Origin: Octopus sinensis
Lineage: Eukaryota
Length of the DNA stretch: 64,000 nucleotides
Reading direction: 5' to 3'
Assembly: GCF_006345805.1 (NCBI RefSeq)
Contig: NC_043004.1
Coordinates: 73,966,001-74,030,000, forward strand
Shown: positions 24,502-39,420 of the stretch, piece after piece
Layout of the letters: each line of letters opens with the position of its first letter
Position numbering within the stretch: the first letter of the stretch is position 1
Notes under the pieces: generated by a model
What the model was told of the DNA's origin: nothing
Databases searched by the model: none
What the model saw: the letters and a program-made list of their open reading frames with translations, nothing else
Program-made: the position numbers and the translations under genes

Positions 24502-24949
24502 AGGTGACAGAGAGAAATCAAAGAGAAAAGGAAAACGGATGAAAAATATCGCCAATAAATCTACATGCATATACACACGCAATTGTGATTGTAAGTGCTT
24601 GTCTTCGCGTGTGTGTGCGCAGCGCACATGCGTGCCGGACAGTATGTGTGCATGGGTGCATACCTCTGGGTACGCGTACGTGCATAATTTTTATACGTGC
24701 AAGAATTTGTAAACAATGTTATTTTTGAGCATATGATCATGTATATGCTTATATATGCATGTATGTGTCTAAATCAACGTGCGCGTATGTATACGCAACA
24801 CACACATGCACACACACACATAAATGAATGCAAATGTTACTTCATTTATTAGGTTACCAGTAAGCCGAGGTTAACAGTGCACAATGTGGCAAGGGTTACG
24901 TAATATACCCCTCCCATATACGATTCTCTTTACAATAAATACAAATTAC

Positions 24950-27490
<2,541 letters not shown>

Positions 27491-27771
27491 TGTGCCTGTG
27501 AATATATGTGTTCGTGTATGTATATACATGTGGTTATATGTGTGTGTGTATTCTGTACAGACTTCCGGTGTGAGGAGTTCACCCTGCTCATTTCCTCCAG
27601 CTATAAGTTGCCACCTGGGTACACTCTGTTGCACCTTTTTTTTTTCTTTTCTCTTAAGACAAGAGGCGATGGTTATTAACGGGTAGATTAAGACAAGTAG
27701 CTTGATTATTGTTTATCTTCGACCAATCCTCCATTGCCGGAGCTATAAAGCATATAATATATTGGGATAAA

Positions 27772-27990
27772 AAGGCGGTAAGCTGGCAGAGTGGTTAGCA
27801 CGCCGGGCGAAATGCTGATCGGTATTTCGTCTGTCTTTACGTTCTGAGTTCAAATTCCGCCGAGGTCGACTTTGCCTAACATCCTTTCGGGGGTCGACAA
27901 AATAAGAACCAGTTGCGTACTGGGGTCGATCCAATCAACTGGCCCACACCTCCCCAAAAAATTCGGGGCCTTGTGCTTAGAGTAGAAAAG
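27772..27990 (+). mobile_element. SINE family C with a 16-bp target-site duplication
   Basis: AATATATTGGGATAAA flanks the element at 27756-27771 and 27991-28006. Confidence 0.9.
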
Positions 27991-29257
27991 AATATATTGG
28001 GATAAAGAACCACAGCAGCACCACCACCGCCGCCATCACCACGACTGCAACAACAACAACAATAACAACCAATACCATTGTCACTATCACCACTGCCAGC
28101 ACCGCCGTTACGATATCTAATATCAATACCATCAACGCCACCATGAACGGTAATATCATCGCCAACACCGCCATCACTTACACCGTTCATAGCACCAGCA
28201 CCACGACCACCACGACCACCACTACCTTTATCAACCCTATGAAACACAATATTACACTGAGCCCTACAGAATTTATTAATTCACAGCAAGCCACAGGATA
28301 CACAGATTAGAACTGGAGTCCTAGAGTTGAGGGGCCCCTGGACAACTGGCTACTGTGCCCATGTCTTAAGACGGAGCTGAGTTAGCTTTGGTGTTAAAAA
28401 TCTCGGTGTCGGAATTGCCATAATGGCTTGGATATTAGAGATAAGGTTAGATTTGGCGTTGGAACTGGATTGGAATTGTAGCTGTCACAAAGGTTAGAAC
28501 TATTGATCTTGCAATGCGCTTATATTAAATTTCATACTACAAAATTGTGATTAGAATTGGAGTTAAGCCGGAATTTGGCAAAAATTACACTTTTAGAGTA
28601 AAGTAAAACAAGAAAAATTTTGAAATGCGACCTGAAGTTCAAACTGTCATAGCTAATAAATTCCAGGCTTTGTTCTATAATCTTTCGATAATCTTTGAAA
28701 TATCAAAAGATTTTTAACAAAAATTTGATTCAAGTATTTTATCTTTGTAAACATTTTATTAGCTCGAATAGCTCACTTAATTTCATCAAATAACGTCTCT
28801 ATTCTTACTCATGGCCGCAACAGCAGGGACCCCATCTACTTTCCTCTTTGTAGGGTTAAAAGATTTGTTTCGCTAATTCTTAGTTAGTTAGTTAGTTAAT
28901 TTGGCTCAAAAGCAAATAGCAAGGCCATGTAGGGGGACATGGAGTTAAGTACAGGGTGGTGTTCATGTAAAGAGTTCAGGCCACGTGGTGTATCGGGCTT
29001 AGATCAAATTAAATGATGGTTCCATGCAAAACGCCAGTATTGGATCGGTGGCCCACGGTTACAAAATGTAATTCTATTTTCACATTCATTTCTTAATCCT
29101 GACAGGAAGCAATCAACAAGCAAACTATCAGAGTCTGTCAATTTGTGATACTCTACTTAACTATATTGAGTATTCCTTCCATTAAAGTTTGATTGACTTC
29201 ATATATAAATCTACATAAACACACGCAGGAACATACAATCACACACACGTACACACA

Positions 29258-29301
<44 letters not shown>

Positions 29302-29307
29302 CACACA

Positions 29308-29675
29308 TTACTCTTTTACTCTCTTACTTGTTTCAGGTCATTTAACCGCGGCCATGCTGGAGTACAACCTTAAAGGGATTTTAGTCGAAGAAATCGGCCC
29401 CAGCAATTAGTCTTTGTAAGCCTAGTATTTATTCTATCCAATGCTAAATCATAGGAACGTAAATACACCAACATCAGTTGTCAAGCAGTGGTGGGAAAGA
29501 AAAAGAGAGACACACACATATATATACGACGGGATTCCTTCAGTTTCCATCTACCAAATTCACTCACAAGGCTGTAGTCAGCCCGAGGCTATAAAAGAAG
29601 ATGCATGCCCAAGATGCCACGCAGAGGGACTGAACCCGGAATCTTGTGATTGAAAAGAAAAGCTTCTTACCACAC
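29308..29675 (-). mobile_element. SINE family A copy
   Basis: Tail CTCTTTTACTCTCTTACTTGTTTCAG through head CTTACCACAC. Confidence 0.8.
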
Positions 29676-29976
29676 ATAATGCATATACATATATGTGTGT
29701 ATGTATACCCATGTATGTATGTGGTGTGCGTGTGTATCAATGTTTGTATATATATATATATATAATACAGTTCTATTTTTAAGAGATGAGGAATTATGTA
29801 CATTATTTACATTGTTTACATTTGACGGATATTTGTCTTCATCTTGTTTGTTGTTAACACGTTTCGGCTGGTATACCCTCCAGCCTTCATCAGGTGTCTT
29901 GGGAAAATTTCGAACATCGGTTCTCATTCCTAATGTATTTTTCGATGTTATTATCATTATTATAATTATTATTATT

Positions 29977-30050
29977 CAGGTCACTGCTTGGAATCGAACT
30001 TGGAATCTTGGGGTTAGTAGCCCGCGCTCTTAACCACTACGCCATATGCC
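29977..30050 (-). promoter_or_regulatory. tRNA(Ser)-like Pol III head (A and B boxes); not a functional tRNA
   Basis: GGCATATGGCGTAGTGGTTAAGAGCGCGGGCTACTAACCCCAAGATTCCAAGTTCGATTCCAAG: A box TGGCGTAGTGG, B box GTTCGATTCC, loop CTACTAA. The T-stem and acceptor stem do not pair. Confidence 0.7.
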
Positions 30051-30096
30051 CCCAAAATACCTTAGGAATGAGAATCCAGGTTCGAAATTTCCCCAA

Positions 30097-30142
30097 GACA
30101 CCTGATGAAGGCTGGAGGGTATATCAGCCGAAACGTTGTGTT
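30097..30142 (+). ncRNA. Minimal type I hammerhead motif
   Basis: GACAC CUGAUGA A GGCUG-gagggUauau-CAGCC GAA ACGU U GUGUU. The inverted copy at 29855-29898 has a 3-nt deletion that disrupts stem I. Confidence 0.7.
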
Positions 30143-30233
30143 AACAGCAAAGGAGATGAGGACAAATATCCGTCAAATGTAAATAATGTAAATAATGTAT
30201 GAATATATATGTCATACATATACATATATTTGT

Positions 30234-30263
<30 letters not shown>

Positions 30264-30271
<8 letters not shown>

Positions 30272-30754
30272 ATATTTCGGAATGGTCATATTGCCAGTTT
30301 AGCCAATAAAAACACACGCACTATATATTTGGTGTTATTTTGCTTCAGTGATATTTATTTTTTACATTAATCTTAATCTTATTTCGGCCAAAGTTCTTTC
30401 GTCACACTCCTGTGACCGCATCAGTGGTCCTTTGTTTTCTTCTCACTTACTTGTGTCTCTCCTTACTAACCGTCAGCCATTTTGTATTTTGTATTTCTAT
30501 TGTATGTCTTCATTTGCGCATGCTTATATCTCTATGTGCGTCTATGTTTATTTAGTGTGTGTGTGGGGGGATGCCTGTAATATTTGTATCTTCTGGTTAT
30601 ATACATTCTTGTAATTTGTATTTTGTTTTTGTTGTTGTTGCTTTTGTTCTAATTTTGTTCATGTGTTTACATCCACCCATTATTATCATTACATATGCTT
30701 GTATGTATGTATAACAACAATATTAGTAATAATAATAATAAATCTAATCGAAAA

Positions 30755-30843
<89 letters not shown>

Positions 30844-31757
30844 TACACACATATATATATATATACACATATACATATATATAGTTATTCATTTCTATTT
30901 CTTTAATTATCTGTGTATTTATTATGTTTGCAGGATCCACTATCGTCATATGTTGTGGTGTGTGCTATTGCTCCATTCTAGTTTTCTATTCAGGCTAGGT
31001 TTATTTTCTATTATATGTGTAGCTTCTGTAATTTGTCTAATTGTTGCATCTGTTCTATGTGTGGACAATATCTTAATCTCTATGTTATTGATTGATCCCC
31101 GTGTTCTTGTTCGGCGTGTTGGTACAGAATCGATGAGCTTTTACCTTCCTTGAGTTGTCTCCAATGTCATTCACCCGCTCTCCAATGCTTCTTGCTGTTT
31201 CCCCTACGTATGTTACTGTCTTGTTACTGCATCGTCCCTCTATACATCTTATACTATAGACCACATTTCTGGCTTTACAGTTTGTTTGTGGGCTAAATCT
31301 ACATACAGTGCAATAGTTATCTGTACAGAGAGTTCTATTAAAAGGATAGGTTCTACCAATTATAGATCTGATAGGGTTGCCTGGCTTTTCAACAACCTTA
31401 ATTCTTAGTTTAAGTCTATCTAGGGTCCTTCTAAAGCGGTACGCCAGTTCACCTCCAGGGGTGGTGTCAACGAACATGACACTCTGGTATTTATGGCTAT
31501 CATACCAAGAGTTGGCCTTCCCTATTTTCTTTTTTGTCCTTTCTATAGTGTTCCATGACTTGTTCCTATAGAGTGGGCAAATCCCATTCCTATCATTACA
31601 TAATATATTATCAAATTTCTTCATGGCTCCTTTGTATACTCTGATCCTTTCTTTATGGCTGTAACCTGAGAACTGCATGCGGTGAATGAAATACTGTATG
31701 TGTCTCTTTAATTCTGTAGGGTTGCACATGCGTGACACATTTCTCATTATTCTGACG
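30264..31757 (-). repeat. Inverted arm of the PLE (thumb + GIY-YIG + 3' UTR)
   Basis: ORF 31085-31747 (minus) is nearly identical to the forward ORF C-terminus and stays in frame through NVVYSIRC..TYVGETARSIGER. Confidence 0.92.
30386..30430 (-). ncRNA. Hammerhead-like motif in the inverted PLE arm
   Basis: Mirror copy of 34075-34119. Confidence 0.5.
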
Positions 31758-31789
31758 CTAGCAATTACAGAATCTCCTACTTCCTCTCA

Positions 31790-33559
31790 ATGATCATACG
31801 CCCTATAATCAAGATGTCACCTGATGTGTGTGACAGCACAGAAGATCTCCTAAGCAGGATCAGTGACTGTAACAAAACTTGTGACTTGACAGGATGTATA
31901 GTAGGTAGCATGGATGTGGTATCCCTATACCCATCGATTGACGTAGATTTTGCAGTGGAGAAGTGCGTGGAGATGATCAACGAGAGCCAGGTGGAGTTAT
32001 GTAATGTCGACACAGAAGAACTGGGCCTCCTACTTAGACTGACATATAATAGTGAATACTTAGATAAACATAATCTTAGTAGTTTCTGCCCCAGTAGATG
32101 TTTAAGAGGTAGACCGCCTACAATTACTTCTATGGCTAGGAAGACACATATAGAAAGATGGCGCGGATGGACCAGAGCCATACGGAGCCCCGCAAATGTC
32201 CATCAGGTAAAGAGAATGATCGCACATGCACTAGGAGCTAGTATAAGAGTTACCCTAAAAGGCCACACATTTAAATTTAATAATAAAATATATGCCCAGG
32301 ACGAGGGGGCAGCCATCGGTGTTAGTATCGCTGGTGATGTGGCCAACCTCTTCATGGTATGGTGGGACAGAAGGCTTAAAGAATGCCTACTGCAGAAATC
32401 CATACTCGTAAACATGTACTCTCGCTATGTTGATGATATCAATATAGTAGTAAAGGCACCCCCACAAGAGAGTAATGTGGATATAGTAATAGAAACTAAT
32501 ACTATGGAGAGCATCCAGCAAATAGCTAACTCCATCCACCAGAGTATTAAGGTCACAATAGACTACCCCACTAAACACCCCAACCATAGACTACCAGTAC
32601 TAGACACTGAACTCTGGCTAGAAATTGTGAAAAATAAAACCCAAATCCTTCATTCATACTATGCAAAACCTATGGCCTCAAAATACCTGATCCACCGGAA
32701 CTCAGCCATTGCGGGCAATGCCAAATTCAATATTTTGATGGCAGACCTCGTCAGAATAATGAGAAATGTGTCACGCATGTGCGAGCCTACAGAATTAAAG
32801 AGACACATACAGTATTTCATTCACCGCATGCAGTTCTCAGGTTACAGCCATAAAGAAAGGATCAGAGTATACAAAGGAGCCATGAAGAAATTTGATAATA
32901 TATTATGTAATGATAGGAATGGGATTTGCCCACTCTATAGGAACAAGTCATGGAACACTATAGAAAGGACAAAAAAGAAAATAGGGAAGGCCAACTCTTG
33001 GTATGATAGCCATAAATACCAGAGTGTCATGTTCGTTGACACCACCCCTGGAGGTGAACTGGCGTACCGCTTTAGAAGGACCCTAGATAGACTTAAACTA
33101 AGAATTAAGGTTGTTGAAAAGCCAGGCAACCCTATCAGATCTATAATTGGTAGAACCTATCCTTTTAATAGAACTCTCTGTACGGATAACTATTGCACTG
33201 TATGTAGATTTAGCCCACAAAAAACTGTAAAGCCAGAAATGTGGTCTATAGTATAAGATGTATAGAGGGACGATGCAGTAACAAGACAGTAACATACGTA
33301 GGGGAAACAGCAAGAAGCATTGGAGAGCGGGTGAATGACATTGGAGACAACTCAAGGAAGGTAAAAGCTCATCGATTCTGTACCAACACGCCGAACAAGA
33401 ACACGGGGATCAATCAATAACATAGAGATTAAGATATTGTCCACACATAGAACAGATGCAACAATTAGACAAATTACAGAAGCTACACATATAATAGAAA
33501 ATAAACCTAGCCTGAATAGAAAACTAGAATGGAGCAATAGCACACACCACAACATATGA
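31790..33559 (+). pseudogene. PLE reverse transcriptase + C-terminal GIY-YIG endonuclease, frameshifted
   Basis: RT motifs: RPII, SMDVVSLYPSI, QDEGAAIGVSIAGDVANLFM, RYVDD, LPVLD. A Cys-rich linker CTDNYCTVC follows. After 1-nt deletions: [41 protein letters not shown], stop at 33557-33559. Confidence 0.9.
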
Positions 33560-33627
33560 CGATAGTGGATCCTGCAAACATAATAAATACACAGATAATT
33601 AAAGAAATAGAAATGAATAACTATATA

Positions 33628-33670
<43 letters not shown>

Positions 33671-33677
33671 GTGTGTA

Positions 33678-33745
<68 letters not shown>

Positions 33746-34074
33746 TTTTTTTTCGATTAGATTTATTATTATTATTACTAATATTGTTGTTATACATACA
33801 TACAAGCATATGTAATGATAATAATGGGTGGATGTAAACACATGAACAAAATTAGAACAAAAGCAACAACAACAAAAACAAAATACAAATTACAAGAATG
33901 TATATAACCAGAAGATACAAATATTACAGGCATCCCCCCCCCACACACACTAAATAAACATAGACGCACATAGAGATATAAGCATGCGCAAATGAAGACA
34001 TACAATAGAAATACAAAATACAAAATGGCTGACGGTTAGTAAGGAGAGACACAAGTAAGTGAGAAGAAAACAAA

Positions 34075-34119
34075 GGACCACTGATGCGGTCACAGGAGTG
34101 TGACGAAAGAACTTTGGCC
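34075..34119 (+). ncRNA. Hammerhead-like motif in the PLE 3' UTR (A9>C)
   Basis: GGACCA CUGAUGC G GUCACA-ggag-UGUGAC GAA AGAACU U UGGCC. Perfect 6-bp stem II, stem I with one bulge. Confidence 0.55.
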
Positions 34120-34297
34120 GAAATAAGATTAAGATTAATGTAAAAAATAAATATCACTGAAGCAAAATAACACCAAATATATAGTGCGTGTGTTTTTATT
34201 GGCTAAACTGGCAATATGACCATTCCGAAATATAACAATATCTGTTTCAACACACGACTTCACATAAAAAATCTTGCACAACAAATATATTATATAC

Positions 34298-34334
<37 letters not shown>

Positions 34335-34360
34335 ATAGGATTAGCTCGTATACGAGTAGG

Positions 34361-35154
34361 TATATATTTGTAAAAAATGAAGTTCGAAAATGCTGCTGTA
34401 TTATACAATTTTTAATTTTTATATATACATTATAACATGTTTCAGTTCCTGAAATGAACCTTATCAAAAAAAGTTATATATAAAAAGAGACAGCTCATGC
34501 CGTCAAACACAAGAAATTCATTTATAATACACAACGGAGTCAGACATCTTAGAGTTCATGTATAGTTGATATATAGTTCATGTATAGTTGATATATAGTT
34601 TGAAGTATATGTTCAAAGTGTTCGATGCAGTGGCCCACGGTGGCGATACGTATTCAATACAAAAAACAGATCAAAGTGGTGGAAAGCGGTCAATACAGAA
34701 GATTGATGTTTCCGAAAGAGCGAAGAAGATTGATGTTTCCGAAAGAGCGAGGAATTCACCCAGCGAACTTCCACCATGGGTCATCACAATTGCTTAAGGT
34801 AAAAATGAATTCCTCGCTCTTTCGGAAACATCAATCTTCTGTATTGACCGCTTTCCACCACTTTGATCTGTTTTTTGTATTGAATACGTATCGCCACCGT
34901 GGGCCACTGCATCGAACACTTTGAACATATACTTCAAACTATATATCAACTATACATGAACTCTAAGATGTCTGACTCCGTTGTGTATTATAAATGAATT
35001 TCTTGTGTTTGACGGCATGAGCTGTCTCTTTTTATATATAACTTTTTTTGATAAGGTTCATTTCAGGAACTGAAACATGTTATAATGTATATATAAAAAT
35101 TAAAAATTGTATAATACAGCAGCATTTTCGAACTTCATTTTTTACAAATATATA
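34361..35154. repeat. Near-perfect 794-bp palindrome (349-bp arms, 47-bp loop)
   Basis: 34361-34758 versus 34806-35154; the left arm is longer by exactly a 22-bp and a 27-bp tandem duplication. Confidence 0.92.
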
Positions 35155-35519
35155 TATATATATATATATATAAAGTAAAATACAAAATGGGACAAGAACG
35201 CAAAACATCCGAACAACTAGATGATACAAAAAGGGACAACAAAACATCCAGATGGACAATACAAAAAAAAAAATAAGGACGTGTCATTCGAAGCCTTTTA
35301 TCTTCAGTCAAAAACCGGATCATCCTCGCATTTTCGGCTGATTAATCTTGAGATTGTTCCAATCTGGCCAGCCCCAAGGAAATACTAAGCTAAGAGCATT
35401 AGATTCCTTGGAAAAAAAAAGCATCGAATGTATACGAAAACAAGGACTGAAATACAGACGATGTTATACGAATATAAATACAAAATACAATAACAATAAC
35501 AATAATAATAATAATAATA

Positions 35520-35572
<53 letters not shown>

Positions 35573-36154
35573 TAACAGGACATAACAACAAGCCTCTTTC
35601 GATATATATATATAAGAGCAAAACGCCCCCCGTCCAATGGACAGTGCTGAGTTCTAAAACATTTAAACCAAATATTCTCAAAACAACTTGTCCGACTGTC
35701 CCATAGGCCTCCCCTTTTAGAAACACTGATTTAGCCTAAATTTGAGACACCAGCAAAAGAAGAAATAAAGATAAGACTTTTTTTCTATTCCAAAGAAGGC
35801 TTTATAGATCGCATTCTCACCTGGAATTGATTTTTGTAAATTCTTCAAGACTTATACACACCCTGATACCGTCGGTATCTACATATCAAATTTGAGCGCA
35901 ATCGGATGGAGGATGCCCGAGATCCTAGAAGACACACACACACACACAGACAGATAGATTTTATATAATAGCTATATACACACACATACATATATGTGTG
36001 TGTGTGGAGAGAGAGAAAGAGAGAGGGGGAAAGCATGTATAAATGTATTCAGACACAGACCAGGAGACGCTTACAGATGTTTCATTAGAAAGAATCAAAG
36101 CAGGGAAAAAAGGACAAGGGCAGTAAAATGAAAGAAGTAATGATCTCTGACACA

Positions 36155-36185
<31 letters not shown>

Positions 36186-36699
36186 CAATAGACAATAGTC
36201 TGACGATGAGGAATTTGTGTGAAACATAAATTTGGGAAAGTACAAGTATTTCTGAATAATTTCAGGTTTTCAGGAGAGAAAAACCTTGATCTTTAGAAAT
36301 AGGTGTTGTTTTTTGTTGTTGTTGTTTTTTTTACATCGAAGATGAATGTTTGCATTTAAGGCCCTGCATATATAAAAAGGGACTTGTGTTTGTGTTGTTG
36401 TGAATGTCTGTCTGTCTGCCTCTCTTTGTGTGTATGTGTGTGTGAATATATGTATGTGTATATGCGTTTATATATATATATATGTATATATATATATGTA
36501 TGTATACATCCATGTATGTATATATTGGTGTATAAAGATAAGTAAATGATTACATGACTGTAGAAAGGCTAAAATTATGATATACATATGTGTGTGTTTG
36601 TGTGTGTGTGCGTCTGCATGTGAAGGCACGTAGCTTAGTGGTCAGGGTATTCGGCACACGATCATAAGACCGTGAGTTCAATCCCGGTTGTCAAGTAAT

Positions 36700-36940
36700 G
36701 ATGGAGAGACAGAGAGACAAACACACACAGACACATACGCGCGCACACACACATGCACACATATATACATATATATACGGCGGGCTTCTTTCAGTTTATG
36801 TTTACCAAATCCTCTCACAAGACTTTGATCGGCCCGAGACCATAATAGAAGACACTTGCCCAAGGTGCCACAAAGTGGGACTGAACCCAGAGTCATGTGG
36901 TTGGGAAACAAACTTCTTTACCACACAACCACGCCAGCGC
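36700..36940 (-). mobile_element. SINE family A, 5' half
   Basis: CTTCTTTCAGTTT...GAAGACACTTGCCCAAGGTGCC...GGGACTGAACCC...TTTACCACAC. Confidence 0.8.
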
Positions 36941-36973
<33 letters not shown>

Positions 36974-37108
36974 CACACACACACATATGACAGAAGTAAA
37001 TAGATACCCCATAAAACATCGTTTTATGTTCATTCTAACTTCTAAAGGTTTATATTTTTTATCAGTTGATATTTCTATGTATCAGGTTCTACATGTGTCT
37101 GTTTATTC

Positions 37109-37951
37109 ATGCCATGGACAAAAGAAGCCTTGGAATTGTCTGAATTTCAAAGAGGGTCATTCGTGGGTCATTCTGAAGGTGGAAATAGTCAGCGTAAGAT
37201 CGCAGAAAACCTTGGGGTCCTGCTTGCTTTCTACAGTTAATAGAGTGATTGTGCAATTCATCAGAGAAGCGGATGAGTTCACATCACCTCGCCCATGTTG
37301 ACCAGGGCCCTCTGACAGGGCCCTTGTCTTTGTTAAGAGAAGTGTGGAGAATACTCATCATTGCAAGGCCTCTGACATGGTATCATTCCCAGAGCAGTTG
37401 TCAGATATCTCCACAAACTTGGTTACTATGGTAGAGTAGCAAGAAGGAAGCCACTTCTTTGACCAGCCAATATCAGGCGGAGAAAAGATTGAGCCAGTGA
37501 GATGGCGGAGAGACCACAAGCATTTTGGGACACGGCCATATTCTTTGATGAGTCCAGATTTACTGTACTTTCTGACAGTGGTCGAGTGTGGGTCCGGAGA
37601 CTTTGAGGTCAAGAATTTGATGTGAAAATATTACAGCCAACAATGAAACATAGCAGCTATTCTGTGATGGTCTGGAAAGCAATTTGGAGCAATGGTCTAT
37701 CAGAGCTGGTGGAGTGTGAGGGAAACATAAACTCAGATAAATATATGTCCATATTGCAGAAAGCACTCTTCCAATCTTCTCAGGTGGTGAACGATTAAAA
37801 CAAACTCTTTATTTAAGGAAGATGAGGCTCCTCGTCACACGGTTAAAATGACCGAAGATTTGTTGGAAGAGAATACCATTAAAAAGCTTGCATGGTCAAG
37901 CCTGTCTCCAGATATGAACCCTATTGAACACCTCTGGGGCATAATGGACCA
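37109..37951 (+). pseudogene. Tc1/mariner transposase fossil (DD34E-type)
   Basis: N-terminal [28 protein letters not shown], then DESRF, VWVRR, SVMVW, DEAPRHT and SPDMNPIEHLW, with many frameshifts and stops. Confidence 0.85.
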
Positions 37952-38038
37952 GACACGTCTATCTATCTATCTAACTATCTACACACACACACACATACAC
38001 ACACACACACGCACACACACACACACAAACACACACAT

Positions 38039-38069
<31 letters not shown>

Positions 38070-38075
38070 CACACT

Positions 38076-38106
<31 letters not shown>

Positions 38107-38461
38107 TTGTGTGTGTGTCCTGTTCTTGTCACCATTTTTACCCCTCCGCAAAAAATCCTAAATTTTATTTAATTTGCCTTGCGAGAAGGATTGTTTCAAT
38201 GAAGTCGTGTCTTGCCCTTACTTTCGAAGCAGCTGAAGAAGGGGAATATTCCTTGTGTTATATGTCTTGTACTCTGTTTTTTGTTGTTGTTTGAAAAGTA
38301 CATTTCCATGTTTTTGTTTTTATGTTTTCGTTTTTCGTTGTCTTCTACGTTTGTTTGGTGTCCTGTACCCATATATGCATGTAAATATACATATAGATCT
38401 AGGTATGTACATATATGTATGTATGCATATGTTTTATTTATTAATTTGTTATTATATATAT

Positions 38462-39275
38462 ATTTTTTTCTTGTTTCAGCTCAGAGCTGCGGCCATGCTG
38501 ATGCACCGCCGTTTTGTGCTACACTGTTATTACGAAGAACCTCGTCTAATATGTGGCACTTGGTGAAGAATGGAGTTTGATATAGCTGCTCTCATTTGCA
38601 CCTCTTGCCGTGAGGTAGGTTCATCTGGGACTCTTGACAGGAAGATGTCCAGCTTTGATTTAAAAACCGCTACATCTACTTTGTGCAAGTACCTCAGACT
38701 CTTTGGGAAATATTAAAAAGCTGTGGGCCCTTGAAACCCAGGCTGTTGCAGAAGCTGGTCTGAAGCGTGATGGCATTGCTGGGATCTTTGGCACTATGCA
38801 GTGTCGTCCCGTTCTAGCATTGGTGTAGCTTACAATGCCAACATTTGGCACAATTCCTTCCAGGATCTTCCAGACATATATTACTGCATACCTCTCCCGT
38901 CTTCTCTTCAGGGAGTAGAGTCTTAGCTGTTTCAACCTTTCCCAGTAGCTGAGCTGTTGCAAAGAGACGATCTTCTTTGTGAATCTTCTCTGGATTGCTT
39001 CAAGGTCCGCTGTTAATTTTACACTGGTGGGTGACCATAGCTGTGAGCAGTAATCCAGGCGGCTGAGGACGAATGTCCGCCAGAGGACCATCATGGTTTC
39101 CTTATCTCTGGTTCTGAATGTTCTTAGGATCCACCTAGCCAGTCGTCTGCACTTTGTCGCCATCCTGGTAATGTGTGCACTTAGAAAGAGGTATCATCAC
39201 TCATGTCGATACCCAGGTCCCTCACAGACTTAGGCTCTGGGATTGAAATTCCCTGTGGACCGGTGTATCCTGTAA
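38462..39275 (-). mobile_element. 5'-truncated CR1-like LINE copy (ORF2 C-terminus + 3' tail)
   Basis: ORF 38660-39163 (KCRRLARWILRTFRTRDKETMMVLW...) is a paralog of 12676-13905 and has the same 3' tail. Confidence 0.9.
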
Positions 39276-39420
39276 GTTTAATATATATATGAAGAAAATA
39301 AAAAATGCAACAAGAACGTAACAGGCGACAACAAAACATCTGGACAGTTAGACAATACAAAAAAAGGACAGGTCATTCGGAGCTTCCTATCCTCAGTCGA
39401 GGGATCTTTTCCTTTTGAAC

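Larger units (their letters stand above)
29764..30199. mobile_element. Composite element: tRNA-like head flanked by inverted hammerhead-bearing arms
   Basis: Arms ~29795-29942 and ~30054-30199 are inverted copies, with a tRNA-like segment between them. Confidence 0.75.
30264..34241 (+). mobile_element. 5'-truncated Penelope-like retroelement with an inverted upstream duplication of its 3' 1.5 kb
   Basis: The forward copy spans 31758-34241, and 30264-31757 is the reverse complement of 32749-34241. Confidence 0.92.

Noticed and set aside
27876-28247. Gly/Val-rich ORFs
   Set aside because: Degenerate (CAC/AAC)n tract plus antisense SINE.
29977-30050. Functional tRNA-Ser gene
   Set aside because: The acceptor and T stems do not pair, and it is fused to repeat sequence; treated as a SINE-type head.
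35282-39400. CUGA(A/G)GA...CGAAUGAC..GUC motifs (minus, ~35282-35310 and ~39367-39400) in two copies of a repeat
   Set aside because: The core reads GAAU, stem II is at most 3 bp, and no stem I is found. Too degenerate to call without a family consensus.
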